From NCBI GenBank assembly GCA_036562195.1, contig DATCKT010000160.1, forward strand, positions 1 through 43,061: a stretch of 43,061 bases of DNA, given 5' to 3'. Below are positions 9,791-23,839 of the stretch, piece after piece. The notes beneath the pieces are model-generated. The model had not been told where the DNA came from. It ran no database searches and was given only the letters and a program-made list of their open reading frames with translations. Made by a program: the position numbers and the translations under genes. Numbering within the stretch: the stretch's first letter is position 1; each line of letters begins with the position of its first letter. The DNA is from Limnochordales bacterium (GTDB taxonomy: Bacteria > Bacillota > Limnochordia > Limnochordales > ZCTH02-B6).

Positions 9791-12700
9791 TCAAAGCTCC
9801 GGTGTCTGCGCAATGGCTTCCGAGGCCGTCCCCAGCGCCGCGGCCGGCCGCACCACCAGGACGTCCGCCGGAAGATCCCCTTTCTCCAGAAACGCCGCGG
9901 CCACCTGCTCCAGCTCCCCGTCCCAGTCGACGACGGTACGCGGCAGAGGCTCTGCCCGCAACTCCGCGAAGTAGCGCACCACGCCCTGGGCGATGCCCAT
10001 GGCCGCCCGGCGCTGGAACTCCGGGTCGTTGAGCAGGCGCTCCTCCGCGGGGTTGTCGATGAAGGCCACCTCCACCAGCACCGCGGGCATCTCCGTGTGG
10101 ATCAGCACGTGAAACGCGCGTTGCCGGACGCCCCGGTCGGGCAAGCCGGTGGCCGCCAAGAGCTCCCGGTGGACCGCGTAGCCGAGCCTGGCGTTGGCGC
10201 CTATCTCCGGCGCCTCCCCGAGCCCCGGGTAGTAGAAGGTGCCGGTGCCGGACGCGGTGCGGCCCGGACCGATGGCGTCGGCGTGGATGCTCACGAACAC
10301 GTCCGCGCCCAGCGCATTGGCCATGCGGCTTCGGTTCGCCAACTCCACGTACACGTCCCGATCCCGGGTGAGGATCACCCGCGCCCCCGCCTGCTCGAGG
10401 TACAGAGCCACCTGCCGGGCGATGGCCAAGTTCACGTCCTTCTCCTGGGTACCGCCGGGACCGATGGCGCCCGGATCGCGGCCGCCGTGGCCCGCGTCCA
10501 CCACCACGACCCGCCCGGCCAACTGCGACGGGCGCACGCTGAGAACGGCCCGGGTCCGGTCCGGGGAGAAGAGCACCTGGTGCTCCGCGACCTGCCGCGT
10601 CTCCACCACCACACGGCCGGTGTTGGGGTCCGCCTGGCCGGCCCGTACGGCCGTGACCACCGCGCCGTCGGGCGGGGTCAGCGGCCCCAAAGTTCGCTCC
10701 AGCAAGACGCCGGGCATATCCAACACGATCCGCTCCGGCTGCCGGAAGCGGCGTACCTGCGCGTCCAGGGGCCCCCGGCCCTGCAGGAGAACCAGTTCGC
10801 TCCCGTTCTCCCGTACGAAACCTACAAATTCCAACAAGTTCATGGCCCCGGTCGGCATGCGCGGATTGAAGGCCAGCTGGCCATCGGCGTCGAGGACGAT
10901 GGCGAGGCGACCGTCGGGCCCCGGGTGGGCTTGTCCACTGACGGGGCTTGTAGGCCAGGCCACGGGCTCGTCCAGTTCCAGGACGACCCGGGCCGCGTCC
11001 TGGCGGAACTGGCTGACCCGCACCGCCCTCACCCCCGCCTGGCCCAACGGCAGGTCCAAGGGAGCGGACACGGTCACATCGAAAAGGTCCACGACGACGC
11101 GCCAGGGTTCCCGCAGGATAAAGGCCTGGTACGGGATGGGGCCGCCGCTCACTTCGGCTTCCAGGGCAACGCGGCCGCCTTCCACCGGCGCCGCACGGAC
11201 TGCCCGCAATTGGTGATTGAGCCGCACCACGAATCCCGGGTGGTCCTCCGCAGGCAGAAGGGTATATCCCGTGGGGGCCGTCAGATCGGCCACCAAGCGC
11301 ACGCCGGCCTGTTCGCCGCTGACGCGCAGCTGGCGCATCACGACCCCGTCCATGGGCATGACGCGCCAGTCCGTGGCCAACGTGGCGCCGGGCAAGTCCA
11401 CCACCAGGCGGTCCGGTTCCGGCAGATACACAGCGCGCACTTCCACCGGACCGTCGGTGATGACCACCAGCTCCTGCCGCCCGTCCAACGTGCGCACGCG
11501 CACATCCAACAGCGCCCCGTCGGCCGCGCCCTCCGGCAGCAGGACGCGCCCGGCATTGGAGATAGGAAACGCCGGCAACACCGCGGGCGGAGGAGACGGC
11601 TCTGGCATACCCGCGGCCTCGGGCTTGTCCACCCGTTTTGGCTCCGAGCCTGCGCTCGGGTCCGGTTGTTCTCCTTGCACAGGTTGCTGCTCGGCTGGTT
11701 CATCCTCGGGCGCGGCTGCCCCTGCGGGTGCGGGCGCCGGCTCCGGCGCGGGTTCCCGCAGCGCGGCCAGCGCGGACGGCGCGGGTGGCTCCGCAGGCGC
11801 CTCGGCTTCCGGCGTGGGCTCCGGCTCCTCGGCCGTCCCTTGTCCGGTCGGCAACCCCCGCCGGCCCGGGCCTCGGGCCACCGGGACCCCGTCCAACGGC
11901 CACCACTCCATTTCGGGCGCGGCCATGAACGCTTCCAAGCCCAACCAAGGCAGGTCCGCCTCGGGCGCGGAACGCTCGAACAGGGCCACCAGCGCTGCCG
12001 CATCGGACCCGGACCAGACCGGGCCGGGCTCGGCAGCCGGCCCGTCCAGCCCCGTCTCCGCGAGGGCTGTGTCGGCAGCGGCCGGCCCCGGTGCCGCCGC
12101 CGGTTCCGCCGGGCCGCGCCCGGGTACAGCCCAGTTGGCTTTGGCCGGCCGCTCCGGTCCTGCCGTCGCCTCCGCTGCCAGCGGTTCGATGGCCCCGGGC
12201 GGCCTCCATGCGGGGCGCTCCCGCGCGGATGCCGCCTGGGGCACCGTGTCCAGCGCGTCTGCCCGCCGTGCCGTCAGGCCGCTCTCTTCGGGAGCCGCGG
12301 CCGGTACGGCCGGTGCGGCCCGAGCCTCGGGAGCTGGTGCCGCCTCCGGTCGTGCTGCGGCAGTCACCGACACAACAGGCGTTCCGGCTGCCGGCGACGC
12401 CTCGGGCGCGGGCGACGCTGGGCGCGGCGCCGGGCCTGGCGCTGTGCGGGCGCCGTCGCCGTCACGCGCCGGCGGCGGGGACGACGGTGAGCCGGCGGAG
12501 GGCAGCGGCGGCCCCGCGCTGGCGACCGCAGCCGCCACCGCGGCGGATCGCCCTGCGTCTTCTGAACGCGGCGGCCCGCCGGTTTCCGCCAAGGCGCGCG
12601 GCGCCGCGACATTCCCTAGCTCAGCCGGGCTACCGCCGGCCAGGCCAGCGATTTCCGTTCCCCGGCGGTGTAGGCGCAACACCCCCGCCGTCAGGTCGTA

Positions 12701-13084
12701 CTCCACGCGCAAGCCAGCCAAGTCCGCCACCAGGTGCAAGGGCACGTAGAGCATGCCGTCGCGGGCCACGGGGGTCGCCTGCAGCTGTACGGCACGGCCG
12801 TCGAGCACAGCGGCCCGCTGGCCCGCCTCGATCCGGGCCACTCTCTCTCCCGCCCGCAGCTGCACCACCGGCCAGGCGCTGTCGTCCACGTCGATGCCCA
12901 GCTCTCCCGTCATCACCGCTTGGGACAAGCCCAGTCCCGTGCCGATGAGCAGAAGCGCATCGCCCGCCGCGACAGGACGCCCGTCCAGTATGAGCTTTAC
13001 CTGGGCCCAGCCAGGGCAGGCACACAGTAGCACGGCCAGGCACCCGAGCAGCCACCGGATGCCCCCGCGCCGCACTTGCGCCAT
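9791..13084 (-). CDS. Secreted multidomain N-acetylmuramoyl-L-alanine amidase (Cu-amine-oxidase-N1-like domain, long Pro/Ala-rich linker, 3 AMIN-like domains, Amidase_3 domain)
   Basis: Track ORF 9791..13441 trimmed to ATG 13084, which has an AGGAGG RBS 7 nt upstream and a signal peptide (MAQVRRGGIRWLLGCLAVLLCACPGWAQV). Catalytic domain VVVVDAGHGGRDPGAIG...DVFVSIHADA. Three repeats of the ...PDRLVVDLPG / PWRVVVDLFD / PERIVLDMPG type. Confidence 0.85.
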   Translation of the reverse strand: MAQVRRGGIRWLLGCLAVLLCACPGWAQVKLILDGRPVAAGDALLLIGTGLGLSQAVMTGELGIDVDDSAWPVVQLRAGERVARIEAGQRAAVLDGRAVQLQATPVARDGMLYVPLHLVADLAGLRVEYDLTAGVLRLHRRGTEIAGLAGGSPAELGNVAAPRALAETGGPPRSEDAGRSAAVAAAVASAGPPLPSAGSPSSPPPARDGDGARTAPGPAPRPASPAPEASPAAGTPVVSVTAAARPEAAPAPEARAAPAVPAAAPEESGLTARRADALDTVPQAASARERPAWRPPGAIEPLAAEATAGPERPAKANWAVPGRGPAEPAAAPGPAAADTALAETGLDGPAAEPGPVWSGSDAAALVALFERSAPEADLPWLGLEAFMAAPEMEWWPLDGVPVARGPGRRGLPTGQGTAEEPEPTPEAEAPAEPPAPSALAALREPAPEPAPAPAGAAAPEDEPAEQQPVQGEQPDPSAGSEPKRVDKPEAAGMPEPSPPPAVLPAFPISNAGRVLLPEGAADGALLDVRVRTLDGRQELVVITDGPVEVRAVYLPEPDRLVVDLPGATLATDWRVMPMDGVVMRQLRVSGEQAGVRLVADLTAPTGYTLLPAEDHPGFVVRLNHQLRAVRAAPVEGGRVALEAEVSGGPIPYQAFILREPWRVVVDLFDVTVSAPLDLPLGQAGVRAVRVSQFRQDAARVVLELDEPVAWPTSPVSGQAHPGPDGRLAIVLDADGQLAFNPRMPTGAMNLLEFVGFVRENGSELVLLQGRGPLDAQVRRFRQPERIVLDMPGVLLERTLGPLTPPDGAVVTAVRAGQADPNTGRVVVETRQVAEHQVLFSPDRTRAVLSVRPSQLAGRVVVVDAGHGGRDPGAIGPGGTQEKDVNLAIARQVALYLEQAGARVILTRDRDVYVELANRSRMANALGADVFVSIHADAIGPGRTASGTGTFYYPGLGEAPEIGANARLGYAVHRELLAATGLPDRGVRQRAFHVLIHTEMPAVLVEVAFIDNPAEERLLNDPEFQRRAAMGIAQGVVRYFAELRAEPLPRTVVDWDGELEQVAAAFLEKGDLPADVLVVRPAAALGTASEAIAQTPEL

Positions 13085-13520
13085 GCCATCCGCCTCCTGC
13101 TTGCGCCGTCGGCAGGGGTGTCGAAAAAGCTCACCACAGTATCCCCGAAATTTCCATTGCAAGCGCTGATTTCCTGCTGCAGGCGACGGGCCCCGGCTCG
13201 AAAACACATCGAGTGGGAGGGGGCGTCTCCTCCCCTCACACCACCTAGCATGCGGGTCCGCACTCCGTGGTTCGCCAAAGCTGGCGGATTTCAGGTAACG
13301 ATCCACAAGGCTGATGAGTCCTTGAGAGCGCCAGTAGGCGTTCGTCAGGACGCTGTTCAAGGGGCCGGAGGCCCGCGCCACGGCCCTTTGCGCGCGTTCG
13401 CCAGTTCGTGCTCCCTTCAGATTCCACCTCGCAGTGGACACCCTCGCCTTCAGCTAACGGTTGGTGTCACCAACCCCCGTTCGGGACGTTCACCCTATAG
13501 CTGCAGCCCATGCCGGGCGT
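13085..13520 (-). promoter_or_regulatory. Long non-coding leader / possible cis-regulatory RNA upstream of the amidase gene
   Basis: About 440 nt between the ssrA terminator and the amidase ATG. Locally lower GC, no convincing ORF, several hairpins (for example GGTTGGTG-aca-CCAACC and GGGAGG-8 nt-CCTCCC). No class assigned. Confidence 0.3.
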
Positions 13521-13559
13521 ACAAGAAAGGCCACCGTCCGCAAGCACCGGACGGTGGCC
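13521..13559 (-). terminator. Rho-independent terminator of ssrA
   Basis: 12-bp stem GGCCACCGTCCG-7 nt-CGGACGGTGGCC followed by TTTCTTGT on the minus strand, 9 nt after the tmRNA CCA end. Confidence 0.75.
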
Positions 13560-13568
13560 TAGGCCTGC

Positions 13569-13933
13569 TGGTGGAGGCGCCGACGAGTCGCACGCCGGGT
13601 CCGCAACGGCAGTGACAGGAGTTTCTCCGGGCGCAGCCTGTGTTTGCAGTTCGCCCGCCGGACCTCCCACAGGCAGGATTTCCGGCAGGCTAGCCCTCTT
13701 GGCTGTCCCCCCGCCCCGAGGGCGGCGGTCAGGGGTAAGCCTGCAAGATATGACACCGACGGCCGCCTTGCAGGCGAGGCGTCCGCGGCGTGCGGCTAAC
13801 GGTTAGTTACGCAGCAGCCGCCAGAACGGGTTGACGGTTGGCATCTATTTGCCGTCCACCGTTTCACGAGCTGGTGGGACCTCGACCCGCTTATCTCCTG
13901 TCCCCACTCGCCACGTCGAGCCTACTCGCCCCC
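13569..13933 (-). ncRNA. ssrA: tmRNA (SsrA), one-piece
   Basis: 5' GGGGGCGAGTAGGCTCGACG... and 3' ...GGACCCGGCGTGCGACTCGTCGGCGCCTCCACCA form a tRNA-Ala-like acceptor with a G3-U70 pair. Internal tag reading frame GCC AAC CGT CAA CCC GTT CTG GCG GCT GCT GCG TAA (13842..13807) gives ANRQPVLAAAA. Sits directly downstream of smpB. Confidence 0.9.
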
Positions 13934-13946
13934 ATATCGAAAATTG

Positions 13947-14414
13947 TTACCTCGCCCGCTTGACCGCCCGCGCCGCTTCCCGCTGGGCTTCCCGGCGGGC
14001 GATGTCTTCCCGCTTATCCCACTTCTTCTTGCCCCGGGCCAGGGCCAGCTCCACCTTGGCCCAGCCCCGGTCGCTGAAGTAGACCCGCAGCGGGATGAGG
14101 GTCAACCCTTGCTCCCGGGTTTTCCCCACCAGGCGCCGGATCTCGTCCTTGTGCAGCATCAGCTTGCGGACCCGGGTCGGTTCGTGGTTGAACCGGTTCC
14201 CGTGGTCGTAGGGGCTGATGTGCATGTTGTACAGGTACACCTCCCCGTCCACCACGCGGGCGAAGGCGTCGTTCAGGTTGGCCTTGCCTTGGCGGAGGGA
14301 CTTGACTTCGGTACCTGTCAGCACGAGGCCGGCCTCTAGGGTTTCGAGGATATGATATTCATGGCGGGCCTTGCGGTTGGTCACCACGGCCCTTTCCGGC
14401 GCCACCCGTACCAC
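13947..14414 (-). CDS. smpB: SsrA-binding protein SmpB
   Basis: Track ORF with full-length SmpB similarity (NRKARHEY...GTEVKSLR...LYNMHISPY...KLMLHKDEI). The true start may be GTG 14405, 9 nt after GAGGTG. The stop is 13 nt before the tmRNA 5' end. Confidence 0.93.
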   Translation of the reverse strand: MVRVAPERAVVTNRKARHEYHILETLEAGLVLTGTEVKSLRQGKANLNDAFARVVDGEVYLYNMHISPYDHGNRFNHEPTRVRKLMLHKDEIRRLVGKTREQGLTLIPLRVYFSDRGWAKVELALARGKKKWDKREDIARREAQREAARAVKRAR

Positions 14415-14428
14415 CTCGTGCCATCCTT

Positions 14429-14456
14429 ATTATAGCACCCGCCCATGGGGTGTCAA
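14429..14456 (-). promoter_or_regulatory. Consensus extended -10 promoter for smpB-ssrA
   Basis: Minus strand TTGACA-16 nt-(TGc)TATAAT. Confidence 0.6.
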
Positions 14457-14486
14457 CGAAACGGGGCCGCGACCGCCGCGGCCCCG
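14455..14486 (-). terminator. Terminator after hppA
   Basis: CGGGGCCGCG-5 nt-CGCGGCCCCG followed by TTTCGTT on the minus strand. Overlaps the smpB -35 element. Confidence 0.6.
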
Positions 14487-14517
14487 GGTTGGCTGTGCTG
14501 AAATTGCGGCCTCCGGC

Positions 14518-16584
<2,067 letters not shown>

Positions 16585-16603
16585 TGGCGTCTCCTCCCCA
16601 CGC

Positions 16604-16825
16604 TCACACCCAGATGCTGATGATGATGGACAGCACCAAGAAAGCTACAGCCAAATACGTCGTCGCCTTCTCGAGGACGCGGTCGACGCCGCGCGCTTGA
16701 TCAAAAAACATCTGCGCGCTGCCGCCGACGGCTCCGAGGCCTTCGCCCTTGCTGCGCTGCAGGAGCACCACGGCGATCAGCCCGATGGACACGAGCAGTT
16801 GGAGGATCATCAAAAAAACGCCCAC
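16604..16825 (-). CDS. secG: Preprotein translocase subunit SecG
   Basis: Track ORF 16604..16855 trimmed to GTG 16825, which has a GGGGAGGTGG RBS 6 nt upstream. Two TM helices with the [11 protein letters not shown] loop typical of SecG. Confidence 0.8.
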   Translation of the reverse strand: MGVFLMILQLLVSIGLIAVVLLQRSKGEGLGAVGGSAQMFFDQARGVDRVLEKATTYLAVAFLVLSIIISIWV

Positions 16826-16864
16826 GGCCCCACCTCCCCGACGCAAGCGGTGCACACAGCGTTC

Positions 16865-16894
16865 ATTCTAGCACACGCTTTTTCGAGTTTACAA
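16865..16894 (-). promoter_or_regulatory. Candidate promoter for secG-hppA
   Basis: Minus strand TTGTAA-18 nt-(TGc)TAGAAT. A second TTGACA (16916-16911) lies 17 nt upstream of TGTAAA. Confidence 0.4.
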
Positions 16895-16929
16895 CCGCAA
16901 TCCCATAAACTGTCAAGGCCTAGCCAAGG

Positions 16930-16962
16930 ACACCCCGCCGGGGCGGTCCCCCGGCGGGGTGT
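16930..16962 (-). terminator. 14-bp GC-rich hairpin after eno
   Basis: ACACCCCGCCGGGG-5 nt-CCCCGGCGGGGTGT, 14 nt after the eno stop. No U-tract. Confidence 0.55.
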
Positions 16963-16975
16963 GCCAAGCTCAAGG

Positions 16976-19128
<2,153 letters not shown>

Positions 19129-19141
19129 CGTGTTCCCTCCG

Positions 19142-20341
19142 TCACCGGCTCGCGGCGGGCTTGTCCCACAGCGCCGCGACTCCGGGCAGCTCCCTGCCTT
19201 CCAGGAACTCCAGCGACGCGCCGCCGCCTGTGGAGATGTGGGTGATGCGATCCGCGACGCCGGCCTGCTCCACGGCGGCGACCGAGTCGCCGCCGCCCAC
19301 GATGGTGGTGGCATTGGCCTCCGCCATGGCCCGGGCGATGGCCAGCGTCCCTTGCGCGAAGGGTTCCCATTCAAAGACGCCCATCGGCCCGTTCCAGACG
19401 ATGGTACGGGCCCGCCGCACCGCCGCGACGAACAGCTCCCGCGTGGCGGGGCCGATGTCCAGTCCTTGCCAGTCGGGTGGAATGGCGTCCACCGGCACCA
19501 CCTTGTGCTGGGCGTCCGGTGCGAACCGGTCGGCCACCACCACGTCCACGGGCAAAAGCAGCTCCACGCCCCGGGAGGCCGCTTCTTGCAAGAGCTCCTG
19601 GGCCAGCGGGATCCGCTCCTCTTCCAAAAGCGACCGGCCCACCTCCAGCCCCTTGGCCTTGAGGAACGTGTAGGCCATGCCGCCGCCGATGGCGATGGTG
19701 TCCACCTTCGTCAACAAGTTCCGGATGACGCCGATCTTGTCGCTGACCTTGGCGCCGCCCAACACGGCCAGGAACGGCCGCTCCGGTTCGGTCAAGGCGC
19801 GCCCCATGATCTCGATTTCCCGCTGCATCAGGAAACCGGCCGCTGCCGGCAACAGGCGCGCCACGCCTTCCGTGGAGGCGTGGGCCCGGTGGGCGGTGCC
19901 GAAGGCGTCGTTCACGTACAGATCCGCCAACGCGGCCAGCGCCTTGGCGAACTCCGGATCGTTTTTCTCCTCGCCCGCGTGGAAACGCACGTTTTCAAGG
20001 AGCAGCACGTCGCCGTCCTGCATGGCCGCGACCATCTGCTCAACCGCCGGCCCGATGCAGTCGTCGGCTTTGCGCACGTCGATGCCCAACAGCTCACTGA
20101 GGCGGCGGGCCACCGGGTCCAGGCGCAGCTTGTCCACGACCTGGCCCTTGGGCCGGCCCAGGTGGCTGACGAGGATGACGCGCGCGCCCGCCCGGCGCAG
20201 GTGCTCAATGGTGGGCAAGGCGGCGCGGATGCGGCTGTCGTCCGCGATCTGCCCGTCCTGCAGGGGCACGTTGAAGTCGACCCGCACCAGCACCCGCCGG
20301 CCGGCCACATCCAAATCGGCAACGCCCAGCTTCCGGCCCAT
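19142..20341 (-). CDS. pgk: Phosphoglycerate kinase
   Basis: Track ORF. Full-length PGK similarity (RVDFNVPL..., GGGDSVAA). Confidence 0.97.
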   Translation of the reverse strand: MGRKLGVADLDVAGRRVLVRVDFNVPLQDGQIADDSRIRAALPTIEHLRRAGARVILVSHLGRPKGQVVDKLRLDPVARRLSELLGIDVRKADDCIGPAVEQMVAAMQDGDVLLLENVRFHAGEEKNDPEFAKALAALADLYVNDAFGTAHRAHASTEGVARLLPAAAGFLMQREIEIMGRALTEPERPFLAVLGGAKVSDKIGVIRNLLTKVDTIAIGGGMAYTFLKAKGLEVGRSLLEEERIPLAQELLQEAASRGVELLLPVDVVVADRFAPDAQHKVVPVDAIPPDWQGLDIGPATRELFVAAVRRARTIVWNGPMGVFEWEPFAQGTLAIARAMAEANATTIVGGGDSVAAVEQAGVADRITHISTGGGASLEFLEGRELPGVAALWDKPAASR

Positions 20342-20344
20342 GGG

Positions 20345-21394
<1,050 letters not shown>

Positions 21395-21407
21395 TCACGA
21401 ACCGGAT

Positions 21408-22352
21408 CTAGTTTCCACTGTCCGCGGGCGAATTCCTCCGCAGTTGGTCCGCCAGGGCCGCCAGCCGCCGCAGGCGGTGGTTCACCGCGGACTTGGTCAA
21501 GGGCGGTTCCGCCAGCTGGCCCAAGTCGGCCAGGCTCACGTCGGGGTGCTCCAGGCGCAGCCGCGCCACTTGCGCCAGCGACGGCGGCAGTTTGCCCAGC
21601 CCCAACCGCTCGTCGATGAAACGGATATCGTCCAGCTGCCGCATGGCGGCCGCCACCGTTTTCTCCACGTTGGCCGCTTCGGCGTTGACCAGGCGGTTGA
21701 TCTGGTTGCGCATTTCCTTGAGCACCCGGAAGTCCTCCAGGGCCAAGAGCGCCCCGTGGCCGCCGCTTAGGCGCAGCACCTCGGCAATGTCGTCCGCGTC
21801 CTTGATGTAGACCACCGGCTTCCCTTTGCGGAGCATCACGCCCGCGCGCACGCCGTAGCGCGCGAGCACCTTGCGCAGGTCGTCGGCCTGCTGGACCGTA
21901 TCCAGGGCCACTTCAAGATGATACCCCGTTTCCGGATCCGTCATGGATCCCCGGCTGAGCAGCATGCCCCGCACGTACGCCCGCCGGCAGCAGTCCCGCT
22001 CCGGGGGCGCCGTCCAGCCCGCCCCGGGGAAACCGGGGTGTCCTTGGGCGGCGGGGCCGCCCCCGCCGGCCGGTTCCGCCGGCAGCGGCGGCAGTTCCGC
22101 CAAGTAGCGGATGCGGCGGCCCCGCGCCGTGCGCGTCACCCGCGGGGAGACGCCCCACACCCGCTTGGCCAGCGTGTACAGCTTGCGGGCCACGGCCGCA
22201 TTGGCGGCCTCCACGGTCAGGCCCGCCGCCGGGGCGCCGCTTTCAGGCCGGCTGTCCAGCGCCACGAGCACGGCCAACTCCGCCTGCTGGCAGCAGCGCC
22301 GCCGCGGCAGCACCCGGGCCAGCTCATCCCGCAAGCCGGCGGCGAAAGACAA
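21408..22352 (-). CDS. whiA: DNA-binding protein WhiA
   Basis: Track ORF. TTG start with a GAAGGTGA RBS. LAGLIDADG-like core plus a C-terminal HTH (DLGQLAEPPLTKSAVNHRLRRL). Confidence 0.9.
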   Translation of the reverse strand: MSFAAGLRDELARVLPRRRCCQQAELAVLVALDSRPESGAPAAGLTVEAANAAVARKLYTLAKRVWGVSPRVTRTARGRRIRYLAELPPLPAEPAGGGGPAAQGHPGFPGAGWTAPPERDCCRRAYVRGMLLSRGSMTDPETGYHLEVALDTVQQADDLRKVLARYGVRAGVMLRKGKPVVYIKDADDIAEVLRLSGGHGALLALEDFRVLKEMRNQINRLVNAEAANVEKTVAAAMRQLDDIRFIDERLGLGKLPPSLAQVARLRLEHPDVSLADLGQLAEPPLTKSAVNHRLRRLAALADQLRRNSPADSGN

Positions 22353-22393
22353 TCCGCGTCACCTTCTGTCGTCGTCCTGGCGTCCACGGCCGC

Positions 22394-23749
22394 TCACCCG
22401 TGGTCGCGCCGGGCCCAGGCCGGCAACAGACGCGCCATCCACGCCATGGCCGTCTGGCCGCGCGCGGCCCGGTGGGTTTCCCAAAGATCGCGGACGGCCA
22501 GGGCCAGCTTCTCCGAGTCGTGCCGGGCCAGGTCCGATTGGCTCATCAGGGCCCGGGCCACGGGCACCACGCCCAGGGCCCGCACGGCGGGCAAGTCGGC
22601 TTTGACCGGGTACGCGCCCTCCCGGCGGTACTTCTCCGCCAGCGCCGGCGGGACGCGGCCGACGTTGAGGATGGCGTAATCCACGATTCCGGGGCCTGCG
22701 TGATCGATTAACGCCCGCACATGGTCGGAGGCGCAGTAGCCGTCGGTTTCGCCGGGCTGGGTCATGACGTTGCACACATACACCCGCATGGCCCGGGAGC
22801 GGCGGATGGCGTCGGCGATGCCGGGCACCAGCAGGTTGGGCAGGACGCTGGTGTACAGGCTGCCTGGACCGAGGACAATGACGTCCGCCTCGCGGATGGC
22901 CCTCAGGGCGTCGGTCAGGGGCTGGGCGTCGGGCGGCTCCAGGCTCACCCGCCGGATGGGTTTTCCGACCCGGGGCAGCTGGCTTTCGCCCGCCGCCCGG
23001 GTTCCATCGGCGAACTCGGCCACCAGCGTCACGGGCTGCACCGTGGCCGGCAACACCTGCCCCCGCACGGCCAGGACCTTGCTGGACTCCCGCACCGCCT
23101 GCTCGAAGTCGCCGGTGATCTCGGTCATGGCCGCGATGAACAGGTTGCCGAAGCTGTGCCCCTTGAGCCCTTCGCCCACCTGGAAGCGGTGCTGGAACAG
23201 CCGTTCCATCAACGGTTCGGTGTCGGCCAAGGCCACGAGGGTGTTGCGCACGTCGCCGGGCGGCGGGACGCCCATCTCCACCCGCAGGCGGCCCGAGCTG
23301 CCCCCGTCGTCGGCCACGGTGACGATGGCGGTGATGTTGCTGGTGAAGCCTTTGAGGCCCCGCAGGAGGGTGCTCAGGCCCGTCCCGCCGCCGATGGCCA
23401 CCACCCGCGGTCCGCGGCGCAAATGTTGCCGCCGGTACACAAGGCTGGCCAGGCTTTCCACCTGGTCGGGCAGCACCACCGCCAGCAGGGAGCGGATGGT
23501 CTGGCGCAGGCCAAAAACGATGAGGGCGACGCCGCCGGCGATGACCACAAGCCCCGCCACGGGCGCCGCCTGGGGCAGGCCGCCCACCAGCCGCCCGATG
23601 GAGGCGGCCACACTCCGCTCCACCGTGCCCAGCACGTTCACGTCGACGACGAGGGTGAAGCCGCCGCTGACGCACAGCATCCCGACGGCCATCACCAGGA
23701 GCCAGCGCTTGACGCCCATGCCCGGATACAGCCATTTCCAGACGTCCAC
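22394..23749 (-). CDS. yvcK: YvcK/GlmR-family (CofD-like, UPF0052) protein with an N-terminal membrane segment
   Basis: Track ORF 22394..23815. I prefer GTG 23749, which has an AAGGGGGGA RBS 5 nt upstream. VVAIGGGTGLSTLLRGLK...TVADDGGSSGRLR motif. Confidence 0.85.
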   Translation of the reverse strand: MDVWKWLYPGMGVKRWLLVMAVGMLCVSGGFTLVVDVNVLGTVERSVAASIGRLVGGLPQAAPVAGLVVIAGGVALIVFGLRQTIRSLLAVVLPDQVESLASLVYRRQHLRRGPRVVAIGGGTGLSTLLRGLKGFTSNITAIVTVADDGGSSGRLRVEMGVPPPGDVRNTLVALADTEPLMERLFQHRFQVGEGLKGHSFGNLFIAAMTEITGDFEQAVRESSKVLAVRGQVLPATVQPVTLVAEFADGTRAAGESQLPRVGKPIRRVSLEPPDAQPLTDALRAIREADVIVLGPGSLYTSVLPNLLVPGIADAIRRSRAMRVYVCNVMTQPGETDGYCASDHVRALIDHAGPGIVDYAILNVGRVPPALAEKYRREGAYPVKADLPAVRALGVVPVARALMSQSDLARHDSEKLALAVRDLWETHRAARGQTAMAWMARLLPAWARRDHG

Positions 23750-23839
23750 CCGCGTCCCCCCTTGCGAACCCTCCGTTGTCCGGGTCCGGGTGCTTCCGGC
23801 CGGGGTGCCCGGCATGTTCCCGGCCGGTGCCGGGCGTCC

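Noticed and set aside
9632-12490. 952-aa plus-strand ORF antisense to the amidase gene (also 10239..11216 and 11217..12749)
   Set aside because: Same shadow-ORF composition. The minus-strand frame has clear Amidase_3 and AMIN-like domains.
13085-13441. 119-codon N-terminal extension of the amidase ORF up to 13441
   Set aside because: The extension (MSTARWNLKGARTGERAQRA...) has no signal peptide or RBS. ATG 13084 has AGGAGG at 7 nt and starts a classic signal peptide. The upstream part is treated as leader.
13300-13500. Resemblances in the amidase leader to ZTP (ACUGGCGAAC), c-di-GMP-I (GCGCAAAG...CCUCCGGCC), cobalamin (CCACUG, GGUGGAAUC) and T-box (AGGGUGAAC) motifs
   Set aside because: Only short isolated matches, in the wrong order or spacing and in an inappropriate gene context. 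Not callable without covariance-model searches.
13085-13568. Possible genomic-island or prophage remnant at the ssrA 3' end, a common integration hotspot
   Set aside because: No integrase gene, no duplicated copy of the tmRNA 3' end (att-like direct repeat) anywhere in the window, and the downstream gene is a core cell-wall enzyme.
19129-19374. 82-codon extension of the tpiA ORF overlapping pgk
   Set aside because: It is out of frame with the pgk 3' end. The canonical TIM N-terminus MRTPLIAANWKMYKT starts at 19128 with its own RBS.
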